Source: Tubiluchus corallicola (lineage: Eukaryota; Animalia; Priapulida). From it: 64,000 nucleotides of DNA. The notes under the pieces are model-generated. The model was not told the DNA's origin. It did not search any database and saw only the letters and a list, made by a program, of their open reading frames with translations. Below, in pieces: positions 52,401 to 64,000 of the stretch. The stretch is taken from NCBI GenBank assembly GCA_030141605.1, contig JAQGDQ010000114.1, positions 372,001-436,000 on the forward strand, in the 5' to 3' direction. The translations under genes were made by a program, and so were the position numbers. Position 1 is the stretch's first letter, and every line of letters starts with the position of its first letter.

Positions 52401-53519
52401 TTGTGCATATTGTCATTTAAATTAGTTTTGCCACCTAGACGTCTGTCCAAATAATTTTTCATATAACTAGATTAAACAGGCATCGTCCAGCTAGGAAGGA
52501 TATGAACATCTTGTTATTTTGCAAGGGAAAATGATTTTAAATGAAAATTATAAGAATATTTTTGTTGCTATTGTTGTCAGTACACTAGTGCACACAAAAT
52601 AATGTCGTTTGTCGCGTAACATTTAAAAAAAACGTTGGACATACCTAACCATATGAGAAAAAATGTTCTTACAAGTGTCAGGCAAAGATTTTACAAAAGT
52701 TGTAAGAAAGCGACACCTATATGCGCGCTCCCTTTAAAGCAAAATAAATGATCTTGCAATAAGTTTTCGCAATCTCACACAACATGTGCGTGTAGCCAGC
52801 GTCAACCTGACATATTTCAAACATCTTTAATGTTGTTGTAAATTAGGAGTCACTTTGTGGACGAACTTACTTTCCAAAATGAACCTTTTATGCCAAACTT
52901 GCTTAGGACGACTCGCAATTGAATATATATCGTAAAACTGTCATCTCGTCATCTTCTTAGAGCCAAGAAAAATGATAACGATTTTTCGTCGAATCTCAAA
53001 TGATGGCACTATCATGCGGTTGTACACTCATGCCTAACAAAGTGAGAATGCCGCGGCGACTGCGTCTGACTGTCATGGAAACCATGATTGCAAAAGCTCG
53101 TAAGATTACCTGTAAAATGTCGGTGTAACGCTTATTTATGTTTACCTATCATATATTTTACAGGAGTTACGCTAATTACGCGGAACCAAAACGTGAACTT
53201 CTACACACCTTGTTAGGCCATCTGCGAGGAAAAACTGCGCATAGAATTTTTTCTAAAGCATTAATTGTTATTACATCATTTTAACTTTCCAAGGGCATTT
53301 TAGCTACTGAGAGCCCGCAACTGTTATTAGGGTTACATCATAGTCTTAATGATGTATAATAACTGATACTTTGATCATAGTGACATTATTGGGGACGATT
53401 CACTATAGATTAACTGCAAACTGCAAGAGGGTCATGAATTGTGAGATAGAATTTATTACATTCTGTGCAGTATTATTAGGATCGCTGAGAAATGTGCCGT
53501 CGTTACAGCTGTAGCCTCG

Positions 53520-53740
53520 AATCTTATAATTATATAATTATACATATGTATATCAAAAACCACCGAAATTAATATATATTTTCTTATATATATATTATCT
53601 TTTCATATATTTGTATATATATATATCCAACATTAATCTAGGCTTGCCATTGGCCTACTGTTATCTACTGTACTGAAGCAGTTCTTTAGCAACAGTGATG
53701 TATAATTTTTATTTTATAAATAATAGTAATAATAATAATA

Positions 53741-53771
<31 letters not shown>

Positions 53772-53772
53772 T
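53520..53772. repeat. AT-rich low-complexity region with (AAT)n and (TA)n
   Basis: aataataataatatatatatatgtatatatatatatatat and adjoining TA runs. Confidence 0.85.
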
Positions 53773-54644
53773 GTTGTTAGTCAGCGTAAAAGCACTGACC
53801 AATGGAAAGCGCATTTTAGTTTTATATAGTTAACCAATGAACAGCTTCGAGCTGTTATGATTCTGTTACAAAAATCGGGAATGAAGTCTTGTATTAGCGT
53901 TATACTGCAAAAGTATTTTTTGAATTCTAGCAAGTCAGAAGTGCGTAGCTTTTTTCTAATATTAGACGTTAGTGGACAAAACTAAGTAAGCCATTTCAAT
54001 TTACTATGGTAGTGAGTCAGTAACACTGAGGAGACATAAACGGCCATTGAGCGGCAAAAAATTAGTATATGACAGACTTTGAATGACAGAAATGGGTTAC
54101 AATTGACAATTTACAAGTAATTACAGGAAGCAAAAATAATTTTTAGGTGGGCCTGATGACTGTTCATTGAGAGCTAGAGTAGAAATTTAATCAATTTTAA
54201 CAGCCAACATTATCATAGTCATCCTTAAAGTAAAAAGAAAACAGGGAGCAAGGAAGAGAAAAACCAAGCTGATTCTGCATCTATCAATAATGTAATTATG
54301 TTAGTCAGCTTAAGCTGTTAATATTAATGTACCTGCTCAGAGACTGAGTGCTGGTATTTTTGTAATACAAAAATGTAGTAATGTAGATTGCCAAAAAGCA
54401 ATTAGTAATTAGACGGTATGTCAATATCTACTAAAGAAAAGGCAGTTCAGATAGATCCATTTCCATTAGTTTTGATAAGTGATCAAAATAAACTGTTGAC
54501 CATAGTACACCATAGTTCTCATTAAGTTGAAAATTTTGGTCTGCTGCTCCAAAACAAAGTTGCAGTTCTTGACTACGTTGAAAGTGTATTTTTTGTTTTT
54601 TGTTATACTTTTGCTGCTGTTTTTGTTATTTATTTGTCGTTAAG

Positions 54645-54977
54645 TTGAAGTCGAATTCGAAAATTCATTACCTAAAATTATAACTTCAAACACATGTAAT
54701 TCAGCACTTCAACTACTTATGTTCTTTATCATTAAAGCTTTAATTAAAGCATTAGGCAATAAAAAACTTTTAGTTGTCATTCAGTACTGGGCAAATTTTC
54801 GAACAAATTATTAGCATTTTTTTGCAAAACATGCCCGATTTCTGTGAGACAGTTTTTTATTAATGATTCGAAAATTTATTTGAAAACCTTTAAAATTGAT
54901 TTCGAAACTTCGAAATTCTGTTTTACTCACGCTCGAAAGTCACAAATTCGACTCGAATTCGCCTTTCTGGCAGACTG
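54645..54977. mobile_element. TTCGAA-rich MITE-like element, copy A
   Basis: Shares cctaaaattat (54671 vs 63305) and tcgaaagtca.aaat...tcgaattcgc.tttctg (54933-54970 vs 63667-63708) with the element at 63230; right end tggcagactg. Confidence 0.6.
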
Positions 54978-55099
54978 GCAGAGAAGGCTTCTTACATTTA
55001 CCTGTTACAAGTACTGTTGCAGTTGTTTCTGCTATTGTAGTTGTTAGTGTTGCAGCAGCTGCTGCTGGTGTAGTTGATGTTGCTTTATTTATTTACACA

Positions 55100-55260
55100 G
55101 GCGCTTGCAAAACTGACATCTCACTTAAGGTAAAAGTCACGTGGACTCGCCATAAAACAAGCTCGAGTTGAACGCATTTGTCTAATCGTTGCGTCATTCG
55201 AAAGATGCCCCTTATTTATAGTTTTCTTTTTCTTGAAAACTCAAAACGTCGTGTGAGTGA
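55100..55260 (+). promoter_or_regulatory. Candidate CCDC149 promoter and non-coding first exon
   Basis: Locally CpG-rich patch ending in a GTGAGT donor (~55253). An acceptor (tgttttcattttag, ends 57900) lies 33 nt before the ATG, implying a 5'UTR intron. Confidence 0.35.
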
Positions 55261-57028
55261 ACCTCGGTCGTGGAAGAATGAGAAGTGTAAAATCTGGTGT
55301 TTTATTATCGTTATCTAGTGTGAATTTATTAATCAAACTGTACTTTAAAAGCAACTGGTAAATTTATTAACTCGTATCTTTTGCGTATGTATCAATTCAA
55401 TTTCGGTTTATTGCTCAAGTACCTAGTGATAGAAAATCGTAGTTAAATATTGTATTTTTCAGCAATGTGAGAAAAGAAAAAATGACATGAGAGTAGTATC
55501 AGTTCAAATATTCGTTGTTGAAAGTGACTCTTAAGTCTAAAGTCAAAGAATACCAGATAATTTTTGACATATAATTAAGTGGTTTACCATATTGTAGAGT
55601 TCTGTAAGATGTCGTGTGTAGTAACTGGGCAAACATCATCAGTTGCACCACTTTACTAGATGTTTACCTTTGCAACTACCCCTATGATTTTGACACTTAT
55701 TATGGCTTTAGTTTGGTGGTCTTTGTGAAAGGAACCCAAAAACTTGGTTGTATCACACACTCATTTTTTATACAACTTTTCTTTGGCTCTTGCTGATCCA
55801 GGTTATTCATTTTTAAAGCCAATGGCAATGATTTATATGAGGTTTCCAAAATGAATCAGAGTTTTTGCATAGTACAGGTATTACTCAAAAAAAATTTTAC
55901 CTGTTCCGTTTCTGATCCACAGTAAGTAATTTTGTATTATTTGTGAGATTCCATTCTTTACAACATAGACCAATTTGAAGATATATATCATTTTCGATCA
56001 CTAGCAGAGATATTTAATTACTAGTTGACCTCAAAAACTAATCATTCTGAGGTGAAACCATACTTAACTTACCTGCAAAATTTCAGCCTTACAGGTGGAA
56101 GCGCTTGAGCTAGTTGCTATCACAGATATGTGATCTGTTCACAGGTTGATAGATATGACTGACATTTAACCTTTACCAGAGTCACTTATGTGCACACTGA
56201 CCCGGAAGTCTAATCATTCTCTCACTCAAGCAATAGATTACTCTCATCAGATGTCTAGACTCTCTCACAGATTGGCCTGATTTCATCTAAGGATGTCCTT
56301 TCATGGGCAGTATGGTTTTAATTGTGGGGCCTGGTGCTATAACGTATATATAGCTGGATACATTGTGAGTCGTACAACAAATTGCTCTCTTGTTCTTATT
56401 GGTATTGTTTTGTTACTGATGTTAAGGTGTTACTGATGCAGAGAAACTTGCTTCAAGCTTGTAAGCTATTATATAGTGGTTTTCATTTTGGTCAGGTAAC
56501 TTATCTATATATAAGAATTATAAAATTTTGTTTAAAATTATTAATGGCGTGCGGTTATGACGTTTTTGTAAGTCGAGTATGATTATAAACATTAGTACTT
56601 CCAATTGTACCCGAGTAATTACCTGCACTGTTTGTTATCGAAGTTGCATAATTCTACCTAGTTTCAACAATGAAAATGCAGGCAATATCCATTGTTTAAG
56701 AATTTAAACTTTAAATGCCACCCTCTGCTGCACACTGCTACAGTACAGGTACCTACTAGGTACAGGTACCTACTCCTGCGTTAATAGCTCGCCAACCGAA
56801 AACCAGTAAGGAGATGACAGATCAAACCACTTTTTGCCGTAGGGTGACTTACTAAGAACAACTATGATTTCTTTATGAAAAGATTAAATATCTAAATGGA
56901 TCATTGTTAAGTTTAACTGCACATAGAGAGTATAATATAGATTATTACATTCTCCTTATTCCTAAGCTGTACTAATAGTGCTCAGTGCAGTACCTAGGCT
57001 GATATTGCAAAAATCAGGTATTCAGCAG

Positions 57029-57626
57029 TAGGCCTGTAACAATACATCGATGCATCGCGATATCTTTCATTACGATATGTGTATCATCAAAGTGAACCTG
57101 TATCATGATAATCTGAGTCAAAGATATTTAGCAAATTAGCGCACACTTGACCGTATACTGATAAAAACAAATATGGAGTACTGAGCTGCTGCTGTAGAGT
57201 CTATTATAGATACACAACAATCAGTGCAATGGGCAGTAGTTGACTTAACACAGCAGCCAAAGTGGTTTGAAAATGCAAGGTGTTTAATCTGTAGTAGGCT
57301 AATTATGTTGTTTACGTATAAACTTGTGAAATGGCAACAGTGACCCAGAACATGTGCATGCGACTTTTAAACCTAACGCATTGATATGTTAGCTTTTCTG
57401 GTGGCTTACAATACAAGCGAAATGCTACACATTGCACAAGTAATAAATACAAAGCATAAAGTTTGTGGAATTATTTTAGCGTTTAGCAATCCTACAACTC
57501 TTGCTTGATAAAACTGTTGCTTAGCATGTATTATCAACGACTTCATCTAGTTTTTTTTTATAAAACTTGCAAATGTGTATTGTGATACTTATCATATCGC
57601 GAGGTTAGTATGTTGTTACAGCCATA
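57029..57626. mobile_element. Non-autonomous hAT DNA transposon (MITE), 598 bp
   Basis: Imperfect TIRs taggcctgtaacaa / ttgttacagccata; exact 8-bp TSD ttcagcag (57021-57028 and 57627-57634); subterminal atcgcga motifs at both ends. Confidence 0.88.
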
Positions 57627-57933
57627 TTCAGCAGTAGACTAAAGTCAGCAATCAGTTAGCTGCTTTGCAGCAGACTAAAGTGCAAACAGTGTAAAATATT
57701 GGATAGGGAGTATATAACCTCAGTCGGTTAGTAATTATCGTAGCCGGTTGGTCGACTTGGAGTAAAACGCGCTTGGTAGATTAATTGTCAAAGAAAAAAA
57801 TCGAGTTATGGGTTTGTATTGATTAACTTCACATCACTAAAAATTGTGGTAAAATAATTTGTAGCACATCGTGGTAATTCATGCTTTGTTTTCATTTTAG
57901 TGGACTATATTAACACACATTAAATTCTGCAAA

Positions 57934-59457
57934 ATGGATCAACAATCTCTTGATAACCAACGATTAAGAGACTTTGATGTGCCTTTTCAAAATCTGAAGC
58001 ACGAATTGAGTGTTGTCAAGCAAAAGCTGGATAGTAAAGTAGAGGCACTTTTAATCTTGAGCAAACAACTTGATTCCTGTCAAAGTGAGCGAGATCAGTT
58101 CAAATTAATGGCTGAGCAGTTGCGAGATCGTTATACATATTTAAAGAAGCAACTTCGTGAGTCACACGAACTTGCTCAGAATCAAATACAGAAGAAATCA
58201 CGTTTATGTGAAACTGATGAGAGTTTGGTTCAGTTACTTTGTGAAACCAGAGAGCATAATAAAAGTCTTCAACTTGAATTAAATGACTTGAAACATAAAC
58301 TTCGAGAAGCTCAGGGAGATGTAAAGCTGCTTCGAGAACAAATAGCCAGACAGAGAGTGGGCACAACTGATGAAGGTGTAAATACTCGACATTTTCCTGC
58401 TCATGAAAGAGAAAGTCTGGTTAAACAACTTGAAGCCAGCGGTGAACAATTCAGTATGCTTGAAAGAGATTTGCAGACAGTGCTTGATGAAAAAGAAGAG
58501 CTGGTTACCGAACGTGATGCATACAAACACAAAGTTGAGCGGCTAAACAAAGAGTTAAATTATGTGCTAACTGGAGATGACAAACGAATTGTAGATATCG
58601 ATGCACTTTCCATGGAAAATGCTTATCTAAAAGAAAAAACCAAGCAGCTTGAGCAAGAAAAGGCAATAGCAGCATCTACTGTCAGTAAGTACAAAGCTGC
58701 TTTTGAAAAGAGGAAAAAAGGTGGAATATTAAAACTTGGTTCCTCCAGACTCAATGCAGTCATTGTGTCTCAAAAACAAGTGCAAAATTTGCTAAAAGAA
58801 TCCCAGAATGCTGAACTGCTAAATGCTGAAGCCACAGTGGCAGATCTCAGAGCTTTGGCAGTAGCTCTTTATGAAGCTAATAATGACAAGAATGTAGCAT
58901 TGTCTCATCAAAAGAAGACAAACAAAATACTAGGAGAAAGGGTTACCGAGTTAGAAAGAAAATTAAAAAATATTGAGACATCTGAGGTTTATACCCACTG
59001 GCTGCAAGAACAAAGATTGGAATTTTGGGAGAACTCTTATGACATGCTCAGCCAAAAACCAACATCTGATATCGGTTTTGATAGTAGCACTGTTGCAAGT
59101 AGCCCTGTTTTGCCTGGCGAGTTTGAAAAAGGTAATAGCACAATTGGAAGTTTGCATGATAACGGCGATGATGCTAGTGAAATCACAAACGACGATATCC
59201 ACTTCGATAATAATTCAATTGAATGCGAAGAAGAGGACAACCTGAAAACAAGTGCCGCACAATCTCCTGTTAGCATAAGCAGCGACTTTTCTGTCAGAAT
59301 TCGCTGTAAAGGAAGCAATGACAACCTCTGTGATGGTAATGACCTTTCAGTTTCTAATTATTGCAATGAAGATGAGAATCTTGAGGTTTTGAATCAGTCC
59401 ATGATAATTGGACAGCTAAGCTCAGAAATGCAGGATCTTTGTAAGACAGAAACTTAA
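57934..59457 (+). CDS. CCDC149: Coiled-coil domain-containing protein 149 (DUF2353 family), 507 aa, intronless CDS
   Basis: Family blocks SKVEALLILSKQLDSCQSERDQFKLMAEQLR, LREAQGDVKLLR, RHFPAHERESLVKQLE, DEKEELVTERD, RLNKELNYVL..RIVDIDALSMENAYLKE and HQKKTNKILGERVTELERKL; acidic disordered tail; aaaATGg start context. Confidence 0.93.
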   Translation: MDQQSLDNQRLRDFDVPFQNLKHELSVVKQKLDSKVEALLILSKQLDSCQSERDQFKLMAEQLRDRYTYLKKQLRESHELAQNQIQKKSRLCETDESLVQLLCETREHNKSLQLELNDLKHKLREAQGDVKLLREQIARQRVGTTDEGVNTRHFPAHERESLVKQLEASGEQFSMLERDLQTVLDEKEELVTERDAYKHKVERLNKELNYVLTGDDKRIVDIDALSMENAYLKEKTKQLEQEKAIAASTVSKYKAAFEKRKKGGILKLGSSRLNAVIVSQKQVQNLLKESQNAELLNAEATVADLRALAVALYEANNDKNVALSHQKKTNKILGERVTELERKLKNIETSEVYTHWLQEQRLEFWENSYDMLSQKPTSDIGFDSSTVASSPVLPGEFEKGNSTIGSLHDNGDDASEITNDDIHFDNNSIECEEEDNLKTSAAQSPVSISSDFSVRIRCKGSNDNLCDGNDLSVSNYCNEDENLEVLNQSMIIGQLSSEMQDLCKTET

Positions 59458-60734
59458 ACTGCCAAAATAGACAAACTTGGTTTCCATGTGTTAATTATCT
59501 AACATGTTTAGTGCAAGCATAAATGAGATGCTGCACATCAAAATAGGACCAAAGTTACCAAGTTTGATTGTGAGATATTTGGTTTGTCTTCCAGTATACT
59601 TTTCCAAAAATTTACTTAAATGCAATTACAAATAACTCTGACAATATACAATGTGAAGTTGCATTCTTTTGAAGGCATTGTTTCTTCCAACCATTTAAGC
59701 AAAAATAAGAAAAATGGTAATGTGGCAACAACAATGTTGAGGCAGATAAATATTTTACAAGTTTACTGGCATCATCAGAATATCTACTCTTTTTCAAATT
59801 GATCATAATTGAATTATTAATGTTCTGAAAAATTTCACTAGGTACCTTGATGAATGTGATAATTCCAGTAAATGGCAAAATATTGGCTTGCTACAGTAAA
59901 GTTATTGTTGCACAGTACATTTGGGTTGTAGCATTTAATTGGTTAGAAAGAACATTAACTTCAGCATTTAGTATAACATTAGAAAGTCGCTTTTTGCACC
60001 GTATTTACACAATTATTGCAAAGATCAAGTTTATTGTAATATTCGCAGTAGACATTTAGTTCTTTTTTAGGTTCTGTCTATTTTCAGTCTTTTGTCCTCT
60101 GGTCTTTCTAATTTCTTTATTAAATTTTATTTTTTGTGACCTCGATCAGCTTCTGTTAGTTTATTATAAACTTGGTAGATGGCAACACTAGCCACCATTG
60201 TAAACAGTGCTGTTAACAGTGTAATATGCACATGCAGAGTGGAATTGTTAATAACTGGTGCTCCTTTAGTCTTGAAGCATTAAAAAATTAAAAGTAGCTA
60301 ATTTTTAAGGTTCAGACTGTCAGGCCTTACCAGTCTGTAGATAAGCTGGCAAATTTGTTGAGCGAGAGTAACTTCATAATGTGTGCAAGTGCTGCATGGA
60401 CTATGTGTGCTTATGTTGTAATGAAAGTAGTGAATGGTAATCATGTTTTGCCTTTTCAAATATAATATGTCATGTACATTGCAGTACATGGTTATTGTTT
60501 TTATTTTTTACGGTATGAGGACAATTGAATTCATTTGTGTGAGATGTACTATACAGCAGTTATAACATGTTTTTCAGGGTTAATTTTTTATTTATTAAGA
60601 ACTCACCGTAAAGTCGCAGATCTTGTCATTTATTTTGACTACGTGTTCCTGTCACTATGATGTAACAGGTATTCATGAAATAGTCAGGCTAGTGTCAGGC
60701 TAGATGTTTGTTTTTGCTTGGAAGTTTGAAAATA

Positions 60735-60920
60735 CAGTCAAACTTCTTTATACCCCTACTTTGTGACTACAAAAAAGTTGACGTTATAGCGAGTTTGGCA
60801 TTATAACAAGCTTCAATAATACTTACATATCTGTGCTAATATAAATATTTTGTTTTGCTAAAAATTTGGCGGAAGTGAATTTGACGTCATAAAGGAGAGT
60901 GTTATGACAAGATTTGACTG
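60735..60920. mobile_element. Tc1/mariner (pogo/Tigger-like) MITE, 186 bp
   Basis: TA-cagtcaaacttctttata ... gttatgacaagatttgactg-TA: inverted termini CAGTCAAA flanked by TA on both sides; internal ttgacgt.ata repeats. Confidence 0.8.
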
Positions 60921-63154
60921 TACTGTACTATTTGTAGTTCTTACCAGTAATTCTTGGTAAATTTATTTGTAGAAAATTTCGTTGTCTAAGGTATTGGCCG
61001 TATTTCATTATAATTGTGCTCAGAATTGTTATTATTTACAGGGATACAAAAATCAATGTGCACTAGTCAATAAGACCATTGTGAAGTAAAAGTAATTATA
61101 TTTTGTTGTTTAGATTGAGTCAAATAAGTAATTCTTAATATTTGCTTATTTAGGTATTTATAAATATATATTTATACAGTAAGTTTACGTTATGCAGATG
61201 TTTAAATGTTATTTTTGTGATCAGCAATCGTGCAAAATTCTGATTTTATGGCAATGTTTTGTTGCTTGCAAATTTATAATCGTGGATAACTTCATTCTCA
61301 TTAGGATGCAGAGAACCTTATTTGTGTCTAGTTGGTATATGTTGTTTGTTTAATAAGTATGTTCCTATGCATTGGTTTAATTTATTTCATTATTAGAAGT
61401 TAAAATTGAGTGGTTTCTGATATATTAATCAAGGGAAGTATCGCTTGTATTGCTTTAAATAATGGAAGTATCTTGTCAAAAGATTTATTTTGAAAATTTA
61501 ATAAAACTTATTTAAAGTGTAAATTATTATGACTACAGAAGAATTTATTTTCCTTTGACTTATGTACAAAACAAAGCACACATTTTGATATAATGTGGCT
61601 TATAGACCTCCACAGTGTTGGTACACTAAAAGAGACATATATTTACAACACAAAGTAAATTTATAATGCTAGTGTAGATGCAACTGTCAAAATTCATTCA
61701 CTCAAGTGCCTTTTTGATGGATGCTAAAATGGAGCACATACAGCTTCTGATGATAATGAGTTTCAAAGAGAAGTAATCCTAGTGAAAAACGACTTTGTCA
61801 AACAGTGGCATAGCAGTGTAATAAGAATAGCTTGTAAGGTCACCTCTAATACTACTAAACTTTATGTCAGTATTTGAGCAAAATCTGGAAAATTCGATCA
61901 AGATTAGCACCTATAATTTTATGAAAAACCTACAAAGGTCGGCTTTAAGTCTTCTAATCTCATATGCTTCTAAATGTGGTGTTTGCAGCGATAACCAGTT
62001 TGAGAGGCGGACATCCCCGAACTTAGCAGTTTAGCCATTTAAGACACCGGTAGTAGATCTCCCGATGTAGGACGTAGACCAATTGATGTCTAACATAATG
62101 TCAGTCATTTTCGTTGACTGCTCAATCAACGTGCAAGTTATTTCGCACCCCTGCAGAGCTTAATTAACGCAGGTACGTTCGGGACATTTAGATACAGCTC
62201 CGTCTAATGCTGTTATGAAAAATGCTGAACTTTTCATTAGTTAGCGAGAGAAATATTGGCCCGGTTCTAGATTTTATTATTGTCAATTGAAATTGCAAAT
62301 GAATTAGTTGGAAATATATAGTCTAGTTTCGTTTTATAGGAGGAAATGCACAATGCTTACGTCTATGAGTTGTTCATTAAACCATTTTGCAATCAAGAAA
62401 ATACCCAGTTTAGTTTAGATTATGGCTTTGCAAGTTAGATAAAAACAACTATTTGATTAACTTTAAATAAAGACAAAACAAAATGTTTTCTTTTCAGGCC
62501 AGTTTTTATAAACCTTATCTGTACAGTCAAAATTAATTCAAATGTGGCCAAAACTTATATTATACAATATACATCAATGCAATATTAGCTAATTCTACGA
62601 TATTTCTGGTTATAATCATGGTTATAAAAGATGCCATTGGGACTTATGTGACTCGGGCATTCAATATAAGGGTCGTCCATGGAATGGAACAGTCAAGTTT
62701 ATTACATTTCCGTAGCCTGACAAACGGAAAAATACAAAAACTGAATAAATCTTGCAGACGAGCACATGATTAGTTAATACAGAAAGATGCATCGCAGGCT
62801 TGATGTTCGTTTGTTTGAAGGCAAGAGAAACTTAATATTTTTGTTGCTAATTCATTGTAAAGCAAAGCTAACTGGCTTAGTTTTTTCTTGATTATACTTA
62901 TGTCTCTGTATTTTGTAGTGCTTTGAAAGTGCGTCTCTACAGTCTGTTTAAATTGAAAAATCATTTTTTTGCTACTTAAAGTGTTAATTTCGTGTAAAAA
63001 TAGCTCTGCAAATCTGTGTTTATGAAAAAGCGCAATCAGTTTGACTGCTGATTAGATATTGGTTGTGACAGTAATGTTGTTTAGTTTAGTTTAGTTTACA
63101 CAGTTGTTGTCCTGCGTGAGCTGTTGTCCTGAAAGCTGCTGAGCGTGCTACGTT

Positions 63155-63182
63155 ACAGCGGGGGCGGAGCGATAAACCAATA
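63155..63182. promoter_or_regulatory. GC box plus CCAAT box in a CpG-rich patch (possible promoter of a gene not identified here)
   Basis: ggggcggagc at 63161-63170 followed by aaccaat. Confidence 0.25.
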
Positions 63183-63229
63183 TGTTTAACGTCAGTTGGG
63201 TTATATTCAATTCAGCATGACATATTCAG

Positions 63230-63717
63230 CAGGGTTACCATCTAACGTTCGAGCTCGAATTGAATTCGATTCAAGCGAGCTTTTTAATTCAAATTCAATT
63301 CGAACCTAAAATTATGAACTCGAATAATTAAAGCATACAATTAACACTACAATACATACAAGCATACAATACAATAAAATAATATTAAAATTTTGATATA
63401 AAATTGAAAAATAATTCCATGAAATTTGTTCAATCCCTACACAAGAACTAATTGCAAGAGTGTCTTGTGGTGAACAAGTGGAATATTTTGCTGGTGATTG
63501 TTGTTAGAGCACCAAATTTGAACTTTTTAAAGACAGATTGAGGACTTCAATATAGCAATGCTGTAAGAGACCAAGGTTTTTTAGTCTGTAGTGTTATAGT
63601 GTCGAATCTAATAATTATATTTCTTATTAGTGATTCGAACATCTTGAAATTTGGCTTGATTCTAGTTCGAAAGTCAGAAATGCGATTCGATTCGAATTCG
63701 CTTTCTGATAAAGAATG
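63230..63717. mobile_element. TTCGAA-rich MITE-like element, copy B
   Basis: Starts cagggttacca; both ends carry arrays of ttcga/tcgaa; similar to 54645-54977 in the same orientation. Confidence 0.65.
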
Positions 63718-64000
63718 CTCAATGTTCATTGTTCACGTCTAAATAAATTAATACTCAGAAATTTTCTCCAGGCAAGTCCTGGGAAAAGAGGCAAAATACG
63801 GAAAATTTGGCTGTCGCGAGAATGGTCTCTGTGCGATATCCCATCTTGAAACTAATGCTAACTGGCAAAAGTGGGTTTCACGTGAGTTATTTTGACGAAG
63901 GGTAAGTGACTTACGAATGCCGTTTTTCTATTTTTTAAGAGAGTTATTATAATTTACGTATCTCGGCTGTAGTAATTATTTAAGAATAAAGTGTCGACTT

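Noticed and set aside
53069-53082. RFX X-box-like ACTGTCATGGAAAC as a CCDC149 ciliary promoter element
   Set aside because: Matches only a loose consensus and lies ~2 kb from the candidate first exon.
55990-56230. Helentron-type repeat remnants (also ~5010-5130 and ~20360-20480)
   Set aside because: Only generic tgacct/aaatttca-style motifs; no termini could be defined.
1-64000. CRISPR arrays, prokaryotic operons, conserved animal microRNAs, U12 introns
   Set aside because: The window is spliceosomal eukaryotic DNA. I saw no regular repeat-spacer array, recognised no conserved mature miRNA, and all modelled introns look like ordinary GT-AG.

Overview
AT-rich genomic DNA from a non-vertebrate animal, probably a spiralian (inference: it has a true Olig orthologue and an EVH1-type still life gene). 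There are three host genes. (1) A 28-coding-exon still life/TIAM1-2 Rac GEF on the + strand (6677-31972, about 2103 aa as I assembled it, all GT-AG introns in consistent phase). (2) A single-coding-exon Olig-family bHLH gene on the - strand (36465-37223), convergent with it and followed by about 18 kb with no recognisable gene. (3) CCDC149 with an uninterrupted CDS on the + strand (57934-59457). The first 6 kb is decayed retroelement. A 5'-complete non-LTR element is split, inside its endonuclease domain, by a 539-bp insertion made of a nearly full-length 5S rRNA head, a GC-rich RTE-like body, a 3' stem-loop, an (ACCA)n tail and a 12-bp target-site duplication, i.e. a candidate 5S-derived SINE family. 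Other observations: a tandemly duplicated dead copy of a DH-domain exon that keeps its splice acceptor, a strong-context two-codon uORF before the sif ATG, Tiam-Olig adjacency mirroring vertebrate linkage, mosaic CpG depletion, and several MITEs and microsatellites. All calls are by eye; no searches were run.
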